Below are positions 24,857-32,000 of a stretch of DNA of 32,000 nucleotides, piece after piece. A program made the translations under genes and the position numbers. The notes beneath the pieces are model-generated. The model was not told the origin of the DNA. It was given only the letters and a program-made list of their open reading frames with translations, and ran no database searches. The stretch's first letter is position 1. Each line of letters begins with the position of its first letter. Source of the stretch: Thermoproteus tenax Kra 1 (GTDB lineage Archaea; Thermoproteota; Thermoprotei; Thermoproteales; Thermoproteaceae). The DNA is taken from assembly GCF_000253055.1 (NCBI RefSeq), contig NC_016070.1:1560001-1592000 (forward strand), in the 5' to 3' direction.

Positions 24857-24875
24857 GGCCGCCATTAGGTGCGCG

Positions 24876-25040
24876 ATGGGCAAAGTAAGGCCGCCGAAGG
24901 ATAGAAAGTATGGGCGCGGGACTATGAGGTGTATAAGGTGCGGCACACGCGAGGCCATAATAAGGAAGTATGGGCTTATGCTCTGCCGTCGTTGTTTTAG
25001 AGAGGTAGCCGAGGAGCTCGGATTCCGCCGGTACTACTGA
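24876..25040 (+). CDS. rps14: Ribosomal protein uS14 (zinc-binding type)
   Basis: [54 protein letters not shown] (54 aa, CxxC...CxxC). The 28-codon N-terminal extension in the ORF track starts upstream of the TATA box. Confidence 0.85.
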   Translation: MGKVRPPKDRKYGRGTMRCIRCGTREAIIRKYGLMLCRRCFREVAEELGFRRYY

Positions 25041-25095
25041 TCTATCGGGCTTTCGGCGAGACATTTTATTTATAAACTCCTCGTTCAAGGGGGCT

Positions 25096-25488
25096 ATGCC
25101 AATGCTCGATGTACTCTCGAATGCGCTGATCACCATAAAGAACGCCGAGATGGCCGGGAGGGGGCAAGTGACCGTGTGGCCGGCCAGCAAGTTGGTCTAC
25201 TACACACTCAGAGTTTTGCAGAGACACGGCTACGTGGGCGAGGTGGAGTATATAGACGATGGCAGAGGCGGCAAATATATCGTCAAGCTATTGGGCAAAA
25301 TAAACGATATAGGCCCTATAAAGCCCAGATACGCCGTGAAGTGGAGGGAAATCCCCGAGTGGGAACAGAAGTATTTGCCGGCGAGACAGATAGGCATACT
25401 TATCCTCTCAACGCCTCACGGAGTTATGTCGCACGTGGAGGCAAAGGAGAAGAGAACTGGCGGCGTTCTGTTGGCCTACGTCTATTAG
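25096..25488 (+). CDS. rps8: Ribosomal protein uS8
   Basis: 130 aa. [20 protein letters not shown]...[22 protein letters not shown] is typical of S8. It follows S14 as in the conserved archaeal cluster. Confidence 0.9.
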   Translation: MPMLDVLSNALITIKNAEMAGRGQVTVWPASKLVYYTLRVLQRHGYVGEVEYIDDGRGGKYIVKLLGKINDIGPIKPRYAVKWREIPEWEQKYLPARQIGILILSTPHGVMSHVEAKEKRTGGVLLAYVY

Positions 25489-25982
25489 CACGGCGGCCTC
25501 AACGGCAACACGAAGGGGCCTATCGCCTTGTAATCGCCCTTGAGATAGGCCAACGCTGTGAGCGCAGCTGTCACGGCATCTAGGTGGTCTTTAGTCGGAG
25601 GGTGGTATCTCTGCGCTAGATATTCTGGGGCGAGACCCATTGCCCTCATGGACGTAGTCGGATGTACCTCGATCACATTGCCCAACAACTGGGCCAGTCT
25701 GATTCCCTTCTCAGTCAATCTCGCCATAGGGCCTAATAGGGGTGGAAGAAGTTTGTAGCCCATCCTCCTAAGCTCCCTCTCCACGTCTCTCATAGCGCCG
25801 CGCTCAGGTAGAGACAGAGGGGCATCTACGGCGATGATTCTCGGCTTGTATGGAGCCAGCGCAGCCGCTATCTCCTCGACCTCCATGGCTGAGAGGTAGG
25901 CCACCAAGTCGCAGCCGTCCAATACGGCTATAGCGCTCGGCCTAACAACTGCTAGATCCACTCCGGCTACTCGGGCGCACAC
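25485..25982 (-). CDS. Hypothetical protein, RNase H-fold/DUF429-like (predicted nuclease)
   Basis: 165 aa. [19 protein letters not shown]...[35 protein letters not shown] resembles the DUF429/COG2410 pattern as I remember it. The 3' end is convergent with rps8 and overlaps it by 4 nt. Confidence 0.45.
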   Translation of the reverse strand: MCARVAGVDLAVVRPSAIAVLDGCDLVAYLSAMEVEEIAAALAPYKPRIIAVDAPLSLPERGAMRDVERELRRMGYKLLPPLLGPMARLTEKGIRLAQLLGNVIEVHPTTSMRAMGLAPEYLAQRYHPPTKDHLDAVTAALTALAYLKGDYKAIGPFVLPLRPPC

Positions 25983-26132
25983 TGAGATAAAATCAAGTGA
26001 CCATTAATGTTAGCCTTCCTAAAACGACGCAAGCCCTCCCGTAGGCCAGGAGATGGCCCCCTCCCCTGCCCTAAAGGGCGAGCCTTCGGTTGTAATATCG
26101 CACACAAGATAAATTGGCTGCGATGTATCTAC

Positions 26133-26894
26133 GTGATACCTGCGATCGCGTATATCCGCGTCTCAACGGAGGAACAAGATCCAGAGAATCAACGGGAGTA
26201 TCTGGAGAAATGGGCGCCGGCCCACGGCCTCGCCATTATAAAATACTATGTAGACGTGGGCGTATCGGGGGCTATAGAGCCGTGGGAGAGGCCCGCCTTC
26301 AAGAGACTGATGGAGGAGGTGCCCCAGATGAGCCCCAAGCCCAAGGTGCTCCTCGTCTACGAGGTCTCCAGGCTGGTTCGCTCCTTCCAAGAGCTCTTCA
26401 AGCTACTCGACGTAGTGGAGGAGAAGCTGGGCCTAGTCGTCGTCTCGGCGTCCGAGAGAGAGCAAGCCCTCCAGACGGTGGACGGCATGTATCGCCAGTT
26501 TCTGAGAGCCGTGTTGGCCTTCGTGGCAGCTATGGAGAGAGAGTTCATACGCCAGAGGACCAAGGCGGCCTTGGTCAGAGCCAAGGCAGCGGGCAAGATA
26601 ACTAATGTGGCAGAGAGGGTCTCCCCGGAGATAGCGATGAAGATTGTTGAGATGAGACGGGCTGGGGCCTCTCTTAGAGAGATCGGAAGAGCCTTCGGGC
26701 TCTCCACCTACGAGGTCAGGAGGATCCTCTCAGCAGCAGGCGAGTATAGGCCCGACGAGACGACGTGTCCCCGTTGTTTCTCGAAGATGAGGGTGGCTGA
26801 GCGCTCTGCAAAGATAGCCGACGGGCTCTACAAGGTCGTAGAGCGCCTATATTGCCCCAACTGCGGCTACGAGGAGGTGGTCGAAAGGGCCTAG
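26133..26894 (+). CDS. Serine recombinase (resolvase/invertase family) with a C-terminal HTH and zinc ribbon
   Basis: Catalytic N-terminus IAYIRVSTEEQDPENQ (nucleophilic Ser) and VYEVSRLVRS. HTH: GASLREIGRAFGLSTYEVRRIL. Then CPRC...CPNC. The frame is open from 26007, but the GTG at 26133, about 20 nt after ataaatt, gives the canonical resolvase N-terminus. Confidence 0.8.
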   Translation: MIPAIAYIRVSTEEQDPENQREYLEKWAPAHGLAIIKYYVDVGVSGAIEPWERPAFKRLMEEVPQMSPKPKVLLVYEVSRLVRSFQELFKLLDVVEEKLGLVVVSASEREQALQTVDGMYRQFLRAVLAFVAAMEREFIRQRTKAALVRAKAAGKITNVAERVSPEIAMKIVEMRRAGASLREIGRAFGLSTYEVRRILSAAGEYRPDETTCPRCFSKMRVAERSAKIADGLYKVVERLYCPNCGYEEVVERA

Positions 26895-27433
26895 CAAATT
26901 CTCTCTATATATTTAGTGATATCGTAGCCTCTCTTTCTGAACTCTCTCAGATCCTCCCATCGGCTCCACGGATACGATATCCAGACCCACTCCTCGACTC
27001 TCTCCACATAATAATCCGGAGTGAACTTGCTGGTGGACTTAAAGTGGAGCACCGCCGTCTTGGCCTCCGAGACTCCCATGACATTTAGCAAGTCGACCAT
27101 GAGCTTGAGGGTGGCGCCCGTGTCGGCCACTTCGTCGACTATTAACACGCGCCTTCCGCCGACTACGCCCGGCTCCACTCCGTGGTACAGAATGGGCCTC
27201 TCCGAGCGGCGCTCCGCGAGAGCCCAATATTTAACGGCGCTCGCCACTATGTTATCTACGTCCAATACATCGCTTATTATGCGAGCCGGCACAAGGCCGC
27301 CTCTCGATACGGCCAGTATAACGTCCGGTTTAAACCCGCTGTCCATTATCATTTTAGCCAGCCTCTCGGACATCTCTATCGCCTCAGGCCAAGTTATGAA
27401 GCGGACTTTCACTCCTCCGACCTCAACGTCCAT
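26891..27433 (-). CDS. Type I phosphoribosyltransferase (purine/HGPRT-like)
   Basis: 180 aa. PRPP-binding loop VLIVDEVADTGATL and AVSRGGLVPARI. Convergent with the recombinase gene, with a 4-nt overlap. Confidence 0.8.
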   Translation of the reverse strand: MDVEVGGVKVRFITWPEAIEMSERLAKMIMDSGFKPDVILAVSRGGLVPARIISDVLDVDNIVASAVKYWALAERRSERPILYHGVEPGVVGGRRVLIVDEVADTGATLKLMVDLLNVMGVSEAKTAVLHFKSTSKFTPDYYVERVEEWVWISYPWSRWEDLREFRKRGYDITKYIERIC

Positions 27434-27666
27434 ATGGCCTTGATTCTGGGTAATTTAAAGAGTTCAGCTCAGCAGAGGTGCGCCGAGAGCAATATTTGGA
27501 CAGATTTGGCTCTATACGCCAGACTTGGCGGCCTCCGTTGCGCTCGGTCTCCCCGGAGGGCCGCCCGGAGCTGAGGCCTTGTTGAGGATCCACGTCTGAT
27601 CCAAGCCGGCAGTCCCGCGGTCAAGTCCTACGAACATAATTTAAAAATAGGCCCTCGTGAGGGGGC

Positions 27667-28155
27667 GTGGCTAGGCCTAGGAGGGAGTTGCCCAAGGAGG
27701 TGGACGCCTTGCTAAAGTTGAGAATAAAGATGGAGAGGAGAATGCCGGAGTTCGTGAGAGTGGATCAACACCGCTATATCAGAATAGAGGACTCTGGATG
27801 GAGGAGGCCGAGGGGGCTGGACAACAAGATAAGGCAACAGAGGAAGGGGTATCCTCCAAAGGTCAAGGCCGGCTACAGAAAGCCTGCGGCCGTCAGAGGG
27901 CTTCACCCCAGCGGCTTTGTTGAGACGCTCGTCAGAAGGCCCGAGGATCTCGAGGGGCTCGATCCGAAGATACACGCGGTAAGAATAGCGGCAGGCGTCG
28001 GCGTTAGAAAGAGGGTCGAGATATTGAAGAGGGCCCAGGAGAGGGGCTTCTACGTGCTGAACCCGGGCAAGAAGGCGTTGGAGATGCTCCAGAAACAGAG
28101 CGCCCAACAGCCCTCGACACAGGAGGGCGAAAAGGTTAAAACGACAGGGCAATAG
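27667..28155 (+). CDS. rpl32e: Ribosomal protein eL32
   Basis: 162 aa, GTG start about 22 nt after aatttaaaaat. ...FVRVDQHRYIRIEDSGWRRPRGLDNKIRQQRKGYPPKVKAGYRKP... is an L32e signature. Confidence 0.9.
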   Translation: MARPRRELPKEVDALLKLRIKMERRMPEFVRVDQHRYIRIEDSGWRRPRGLDNKIRQQRKGYPPKVKAGYRKPAAVRGLHPSGFVETLVRRPEDLEGLDPKIHAVRIAAGVGVRKRVEILKRAQERGFYVLNPGKKALEMLQKQSAQQPSTQEGEKVKTTGQ

Positions 28156-28163
28156 GGGCTGAT

Positions 28164-28607
28164 ATGGTTGACGTAAAGAGACTTGCCGCCGAGATCTTAG
28201 GCGTCGGCGAGAACAGAGTCAAAATATCGCCTGAGGCCCAAGAGAGAGCTAGCGAAGTCGTCACCAGAGAGGAGGTGAGGGCGCTGATCGAGGAGGGCGT
28301 TATATGGGCAGAACATAAGAAGGGCGTGAGCAGAGTCAGATGGCGCGTTCTCCATGAGAAAAAGAAGAGGGGCAGAAGGAGGGGACGCGGCAGCAGGAAG
28401 GGGCCGAGGCTCGATGAGGAGGCCGCCTGGAAGAACAAGATAAGGACGCTGAGGAGGTACCTCAATGCCCTGAAGAGGAGGGGCTTGATAACGCCGGCCA
28501 CCTGGCGTATGTTGTACAGAATGGCTAAGGGGAACTACTTCCGCGATCTCCGCCACCTCAAGACGTATATAAACGAACACAACCTAGCAAAGGAGAAGGT
28601 TAGATAA
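28164..28607 (+). CDS. rpl19e: Ribosomal protein eL19
   Basis: 147 aa. [25 protein letters not shown]...[11 protein letters not shown]...[14 protein letters not shown] is typical of L19e. Confidence 0.9.
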   Translation: MVDVKRLAAEILGVGENRVKISPEAQERASEVVTREEVRALIEEGVIWAEHKKGVSRVRWRVLHEKKKRGRRRGRGSRKGPRLDEEAAWKNKIRTLRRYLNALKRRGLITPATWRMLYRMAKGNYFRDLRHLKTYINEHNLAKEKVR

Positions 28608-28608
28608 T

Positions 28609-29220
28609 ATGGCGAAGACAGGCAGATACAAGGTTCCGTTCAGAAGGCGCGCCGAGGGTGTGACGAACTATAGAAAGCGGAGGAAGCTGATTAAGGGCAA
28701 GCTCCCGCGTCTGGTGGTCAGAAAAACCAATAGGCACATTATAGTCCAGATTGTATTGACGAGGCCTCAAGGCGATGAGACTGTGGTTGGCTTAGACTCC
28801 AGATATTTGGCTAAGTTCGGCTGGAAAGGCGATGAGAACAACACGACGGCCGCATATCTACTGGGACTCGCCGTGGGCTACAAGGCGTTGTCCAAGGGCA
28901 TCGAGAGGGCGGTTCTCGACATCGGCCTTCACAGGCCCGTGCGAGGATCTAGAGTTTTCGCCGTGCTGAAGGGAGCGTTGGACGCCGGCCTAGAGATTCC
29001 CCACGACGAATCTGTATTGCCTGAGGAGGACAGAATATCGGGCAAACATATTGCCGAATACGCCGAGAGGCTCAAGTCGGAGAACGAGGAGGAGTATAAA
29101 CGTCGTTTTGCCAGGTATTTGCAACGCGGCATACAACCAGAACATATTCCAGAACATTTCGAGGAAGTTAAGAAAAAGATCCAAGAGACTCTCTCAAAGC
29201 TACAAAAGGCTACTGCTTAG
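28609..29220 (+). CDS. rpl18: Ribosomal protein uL18
   Basis: 203 aa. ...[22 protein letters not shown]...[17 protein letters not shown]... is the archaeal L18/L5e pattern. The L32e-L19e-L18 order is conserved. Confidence 0.9.
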   Translation: MAKTGRYKVPFRRRAEGVTNYRKRRKLIKGKLPRLVVRKTNRHIIVQIVLTRPQGDETVVGLDSRYLAKFGWKGDENNTTAAYLLGLAVGYKALSKGIERAVLDIGLHRPVRGSRVFAVLKGALDAGLEIPHDESVLPEEDRISGKHIAEYAERLKSENEEEYKRRFARYLQRGIQPEHIPEHFEEVKKKIQETLSKLQKATA

Positions 29221-29290
29221 ATACATTTTTAATTAAAAATAGAATTAAATACGTATATTAATGCTTAAATAGGAGGATCCGCATAGATTC

Positions 29291-30460
29291 ATGCCCAAAA
29301 AAATAGTGGTGCTTGGGGGCGGCGTCGGCGGCGTCGTCGCTGCCAAGCGGCTCGCCGAGAGATTGCGCGGGCGCGTCGATGTAGAGATCACGTTGATAAG
29401 CGACACGGACTACTATTTGCTCCCGCCGCTGTTGGTGAACATAGCACTCGGCGATATATCTCCGCAACAGGCTACGCTCCCTCTGTCAAGATTCGCTTAC
29501 AGAAACGTGAAGGTAGTAAAGGCTACGGTCAAAAAGGTTGATCCGGACAACCGAGCTGTTGAGACCGACCAGGGTAAGTTCCAGTACGACTACCTCATAG
29601 CCAGCCTGGGCACTGAGTTCGACTTCAGCTCATATAACTTGGCGGCAGGAAACCACAATTACACGATAGACGGCGCTCTAAAAATGAGGGAGGCCCTTAT
29701 AAACTTTAGAGGGGGCAGCGTCGTCATCTACACGCCCGAGCCCGTGTACAGATGCGGCGTGTACCCCTATGAGATAGCCGGCCAGTTGGACGCCATATTC
29801 AGAAAGAGGGGGATCAGAGACAAGGTTGACATCACGCTTATCCACCCGCTCCCGAAGCCTCTACAGATGTTGGGCCCTGAGGCCGTCAAGATAGTCGAGG
29901 AGCTCTACGCCGCCCAGGGCATTAAATATGTCGGCGGAATAACGCAACCAGGTCCCGTCGATGATAAGGCCAAGACCGTCACAGTGGGCAGCGAAAAGTT
30001 CAAGTACGACCTGCTGATAGTGGTGCCGCCCGCCCGTCTGCCGAAGCCGTTCCACGACACTCCGCTCGTCTCCAAGTTCCCGAACGGAGTATGGACTGCG
30101 ATCAACGTAATGACTGGAAGAAGCGTGAAGTACGACGACGTGTATCTACCGGGCGAACACTCAATGCCTGCCATAGGCCTGCCGGTTGCAGGCGTCCCCG
30201 TCCACTTCACAGCCATGGCGAGCGCGAACATGGTGGCTGGGGAGCTCTTGGGAGAGCCCGTCGATCCTGCGCAGATAAACTCGATGGTATGCGCAATGGA
30301 CATGGGCAACTTCGGTACAGTGTTCATCTGCGACGTAAAGATCGATTTGGCCAACAACAAGGCCGCGTGGATGGGCAACTGCTACAACATCCTTAAGTCG
30401 CCTGTAGGCAAGTTAATAAAGGACTTGTTCTACAAGACATGGTTGGCGACTACGATATGA
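29291..30460 (+). CDS. sqr: Sulfide:quinone oxidoreductase / type II NADH dehydrogenase-family flavoprotein
   Basis: 389 aa. N-terminal KKIVVLGGGVGGVVAA FAD-binding fold and a second Rossmann segment. Cys residues at YRCGVYPYE and SMVCAMD. Followed by a DUF1641 partner, as is common for this family. Confidence 0.75.
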   Translation: MPKKIVVLGGGVGGVVAAKRLAERLRGRVDVEITLISDTDYYLLPPLLVNIALGDISPQQATLPLSRFAYRNVKVVKATVKKVDPDNRAVETDQGKFQYDYLIASLGTEFDFSSYNLAAGNHNYTIDGALKMREALINFRGGSVVIYTPEPVYRCGVYPYEIAGQLDAIFRKRGIRDKVDITLIHPLPKPLQMLGPEAVKIVEELYAAQGIKYVGGITQPGPVDDKAKTVTVGSEKFKYDLLIVVPPARLPKPFHDTPLVSKFPNGVWTAINVMTGRSVKYDDVYLPGEHSMPAIGLPVAGVPVHFTAMASANMVAGELLGEPVDPAQINSMVCAMDMGNFGTVFICDVKIDLANNKAAWMGNCYNILKSPVGKLIKDLFYKTWLATTI

Positions 30461-30906
30461 GCGCGCAACAGAACGTCGATCAGAAGGTGGCAGAGTTGCT
30501 CAAGACGCTCGCAGAACACGCAGATGAGCTCCAGGCCCTTGTGGAGCAGCTGATCGAGCTCAAGAGGACTGGCGTACTTGACGCCTTGATGATCGTAGTC
30601 AATAGATTCGAAGAACTTATACACTACGTGTTCCAGGATCCCGCCATAATGAGGCTGGCGTCTCTGGGGGTCGATGGAACGCTGGGGGGTCTCTCAAAGC
30701 TTGAGACGCAAGATGTTATCAATATGAAGGCGTCGCTCCAAGAGCTTATAGTTCGGCTCGGGAAGGGCCTCACGCCTGATGCGTTGATCAATCCTAAGCC
30801 CGTCAAGGGAATCTGGGGCCTCTTGAGCGCCCTAAATGATCCAGACGTGCAGAGGGGATTGGGAGTCGCCTTCGCACTGTTGAAGGCCCTAGGGAAAACT
30901 CAGTAG
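30457..30906 (+). CDS. DUF1641-family protein
   Basis: The ATG overlaps the SQR-like stop (ATGA 30457-30460). Helical; the C-terminal ...LLSALNDPDVQRGLGVAFALLKALG matches my memory of DUF1641. An alternative ATG lies at 30439. Confidence 0.65.
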   Translation: MSAQQNVDQKVAELLKTLAEHADELQALVEQLIELKRTGVLDALMIVVNRFEELIHYVFQDPAIMRLASLGVDGTLGGLSKLETQDVINMKASLQELIVRLGKGLTPDALINPKPVKGIWGLLSALNDPDVQRGLGVAFALLKALGKTQ

Positions 30907-30972
30907 TTTTTTCGTCCGACGTTTGACCGCGTAAACGACTCCTCCTCACTCCAAGGGGCGAGGAGGAGTCGT
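30907..30972 (+). terminator. T6 tract directly after the stop codon, followed by a perfect 13-bp hairpin
   Basis: tag-tttttt (30907-30912). acgactcctcctc (30935-30947) pairs perfectly with gaggaggagtcgt (30960-30972) across a 12-nt loop. Confidence 0.5.
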
Positions 30973-31109
30973 CTCCTTCTCCCAGCGCCTATCTCGGCTG
31001 CGTCGATCGTCCCAGCCTCCCTCTCAACGCCATAGGAGCGCCTAGCGGCGGCGTCCGTGTTAAGGTCGTTTGGAATCCCACGAGTTGAGTTTGAATGAGG
31101 CCTTGTTAG

Positions 31110-31222
31110 AGCCCCGGCCGGGATTCGAACCCGGGACCTCCCGCTCTCTTGGTGCTATGGCTTACGAGGCTCACGCGGAGCTAAGCTCCTGGGCGCTCCG
31201 GACCGGGCTGAGCTACCGGGGC
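31110..31222 (-). tRNA. tRNA-Thr(CGT) with two predicted introns (about 20 nt inside the anticodon stem at 29/30, about 17 nt at or next to 37/38)
   Basis: The reverse complement reads GCCCCGG-TA-GCTC-AGCCCGGTCCG-GAGC-G-CCC[20 nt]GC-CTCGTAA-[17 nt]-GCGGG-AGGTC-CCGGG-TTCGAAT-CCCGG-CCGGGGC-T. The acceptor and T arms are identical to tRNA-Thr(GGT). TATA aaatttttaagg lies about 25 nt upstream. Confidence 0.8.
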
Positions 31223-31435
31223 GGTGGAAAACATGGCAAGACCTTAAAAATTTTGTCTCTCCCGCCTCTGCGGCCAGCCAAGCGCCCCCTTCCGACAACG
31301 GGCTGAGTTGGCTTCAGCATAAATTTTTTATTTTAATAGAGCACAGATATACATATCTTAATCACTATAATCGTCGAGATATTTGTATTTTTTACAATTT
31401 TTCAGTCCTCTCTATTAATCTTTTACTATGATTGC

Positions 31436-31445
31436 TTTTTTATAT
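31436..31445 (+). promoter_or_regulatory. TATA box of the PEP carboxylase gene
   Basis: tttttatat is centred about 22 nt upstream of ATG 31463, inside a very A/T-rich spacer (31310-31460). Confidence 0.5.
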
Positions 31446-31462
31446 CGTATGGATTTCAGCCA

Positions 31463-32000
31463 ATGTCCATTCCGCGTCTTATGTGTACACAACACCCCGA
31501 CTCAACGATCAAGGTATCGGTGGAGGAGGAAGTCGAGGAGGCAGTATCGGCGTATTCCATATACGGGTGCGATGAAGTTATGTCGGACTTTGAGGGCAAG
31601 GGAACTCCCTATATTCAGCCCAGAGATATTGTCGTAAGGGCCCTTAAGGCCGGCATCCCGCTTGGGGAGAGCTTCTTTATAACTCCGAGGATACCGAACC
31701 CCAGCCTCGAGGACTTCGAAAGGAGCGTGCTGGCTATGGAGGCCGCAGTTCTCGCAGACTTAAGGGCGCACAGAGAGGCGGGGGTTCACGCCGTGAGGTG
31801 GATTATACTGCCCATGTCGGAGAGCCCTGAGGACGTGAGATTTGCGGCCGAGCTCTTGCTCAAGAAGATCTCTGCGTATTCTGGCGGAGCCGACATACAG
31901 CTTGTGCCCCTTGTTGAGAACGCCGGCAAGCACTTGAGGATACTGGATTTCGTGAGAGTTATAATCGACGAATATCTCAGAAAGGGCATCTTTCTAGACA
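31463..32000 (+). CDS. ppcA: Archaeal-type phosphoenolpyruvate carboxylase, N-terminal part (runs off the window; absent from the ORF track)
   Basis: My own translation gives MSIPRLMCTQHPDSTIKVSVEEEVEEAVSAYSIYGCDEVMSDFEGKGTPYIQPRDIVVRALKAGIPLGESFFITPRIPNPSLEDFER.... The IPRxM(S/C)TQHPD N-terminus is the hallmark of archaeal PepcA. There is no stop before base 32000. Confidence 0.8.
   Translation, partial: MSIPRLMCTQHPDSTIKVSVEEEVEEAVSAYSIYGCDEVMSDFEGKGTPYIQPRDIVVRALKAGIPLGESFFITPRIPNPSLEDFERSVLAMEAAVLADLRAHREAGVHAVRWIILPMSESPEDVRFAAELLLKKISAYSGGADIQLVPLVENAGKHLRILDFVRVIIDEYLRKGIFLD

Noticed and set aside
24792-24875. The 28-codon N-terminal extension of rps14 given by the ORF track.
   Set aside because: It starts upstream of the TATA box (24847-24856). 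The conserved S14 sequence begins at the ATG at 24876, and the extension overlaps the C/D sRNA candidate on the other strand.
31070-31306. ORF 31070..31306 (+), 78 aa.
   Set aside because: It lies antisense across the tRNA-Thr(CGT) gene and its promoter, and the composition is not protein-like.

Overview
The window looks like a chromosomal segment of a hyperthermophilic crenarchaeon of the Thermoproteales (Pyrobaculum/Thermoproteus-like). The grounds are sequence-level. Coding DNA is G+C-rich. Three tRNA genes fold only after removing one or two introns, some at non-canonical positions. A/T-rich TATA boxes sit about 20-27 nt upstream of almost every start codon (leaderless architecture). GTG/TTG starts and ATGA stop/start overlaps are frequent.

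Most of the content is housekeeping:
- porB (3' part) and a P5C/aldehyde dehydrogenase.
- aIF2-gamma, Hsp20, uridine phosphorylase and mevalonate kinase.
- The secE-spt5-L11-L1-P0 cluster and the aIF6 / LX-prefoldin alpha-FtsY cluster.
- CTP synthase, then S14-S8 and L32e-L19e-L18.
- An SQR-like flavoprotein with a DUF1641 partner, and the 5' part of an archaeal-type PEP carboxylase, which is absent from the ORF track because it runs off the window.

Accessory or decayed parts:
- A decayed stretch at 2.6-3.7 kb with a thyX remnant and a frameshifted small gene.
- A wHTH / membrane / secreted-repeat-protein operon.
- A lower-GC cassette next to tRNA-Thr that encodes an XRE-HTH+cupin+methyltransferase fusion translationally coupled to an EamA transporter.
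- A frameshifted orphan nuoA-like gene.
- A stand-alone serine recombinase lying between rps8 and rpl32e.

The signal I cannot explain with known features is a family of very GC-rich non-coding intergenic modules, roughly 200-400 nt long. They share two conserved sequence blocks, one of them centred on a GCCGGC/CGCCGGCG palindrome. They recur between housekeeping genes, in most clear copies in the orientation of the downstream gene, and block B ends roughly 20-90 nt upstream of that gene's TATA box. All similarity statements are by-eye alignments and motif recognition; no database search or folding program was run.
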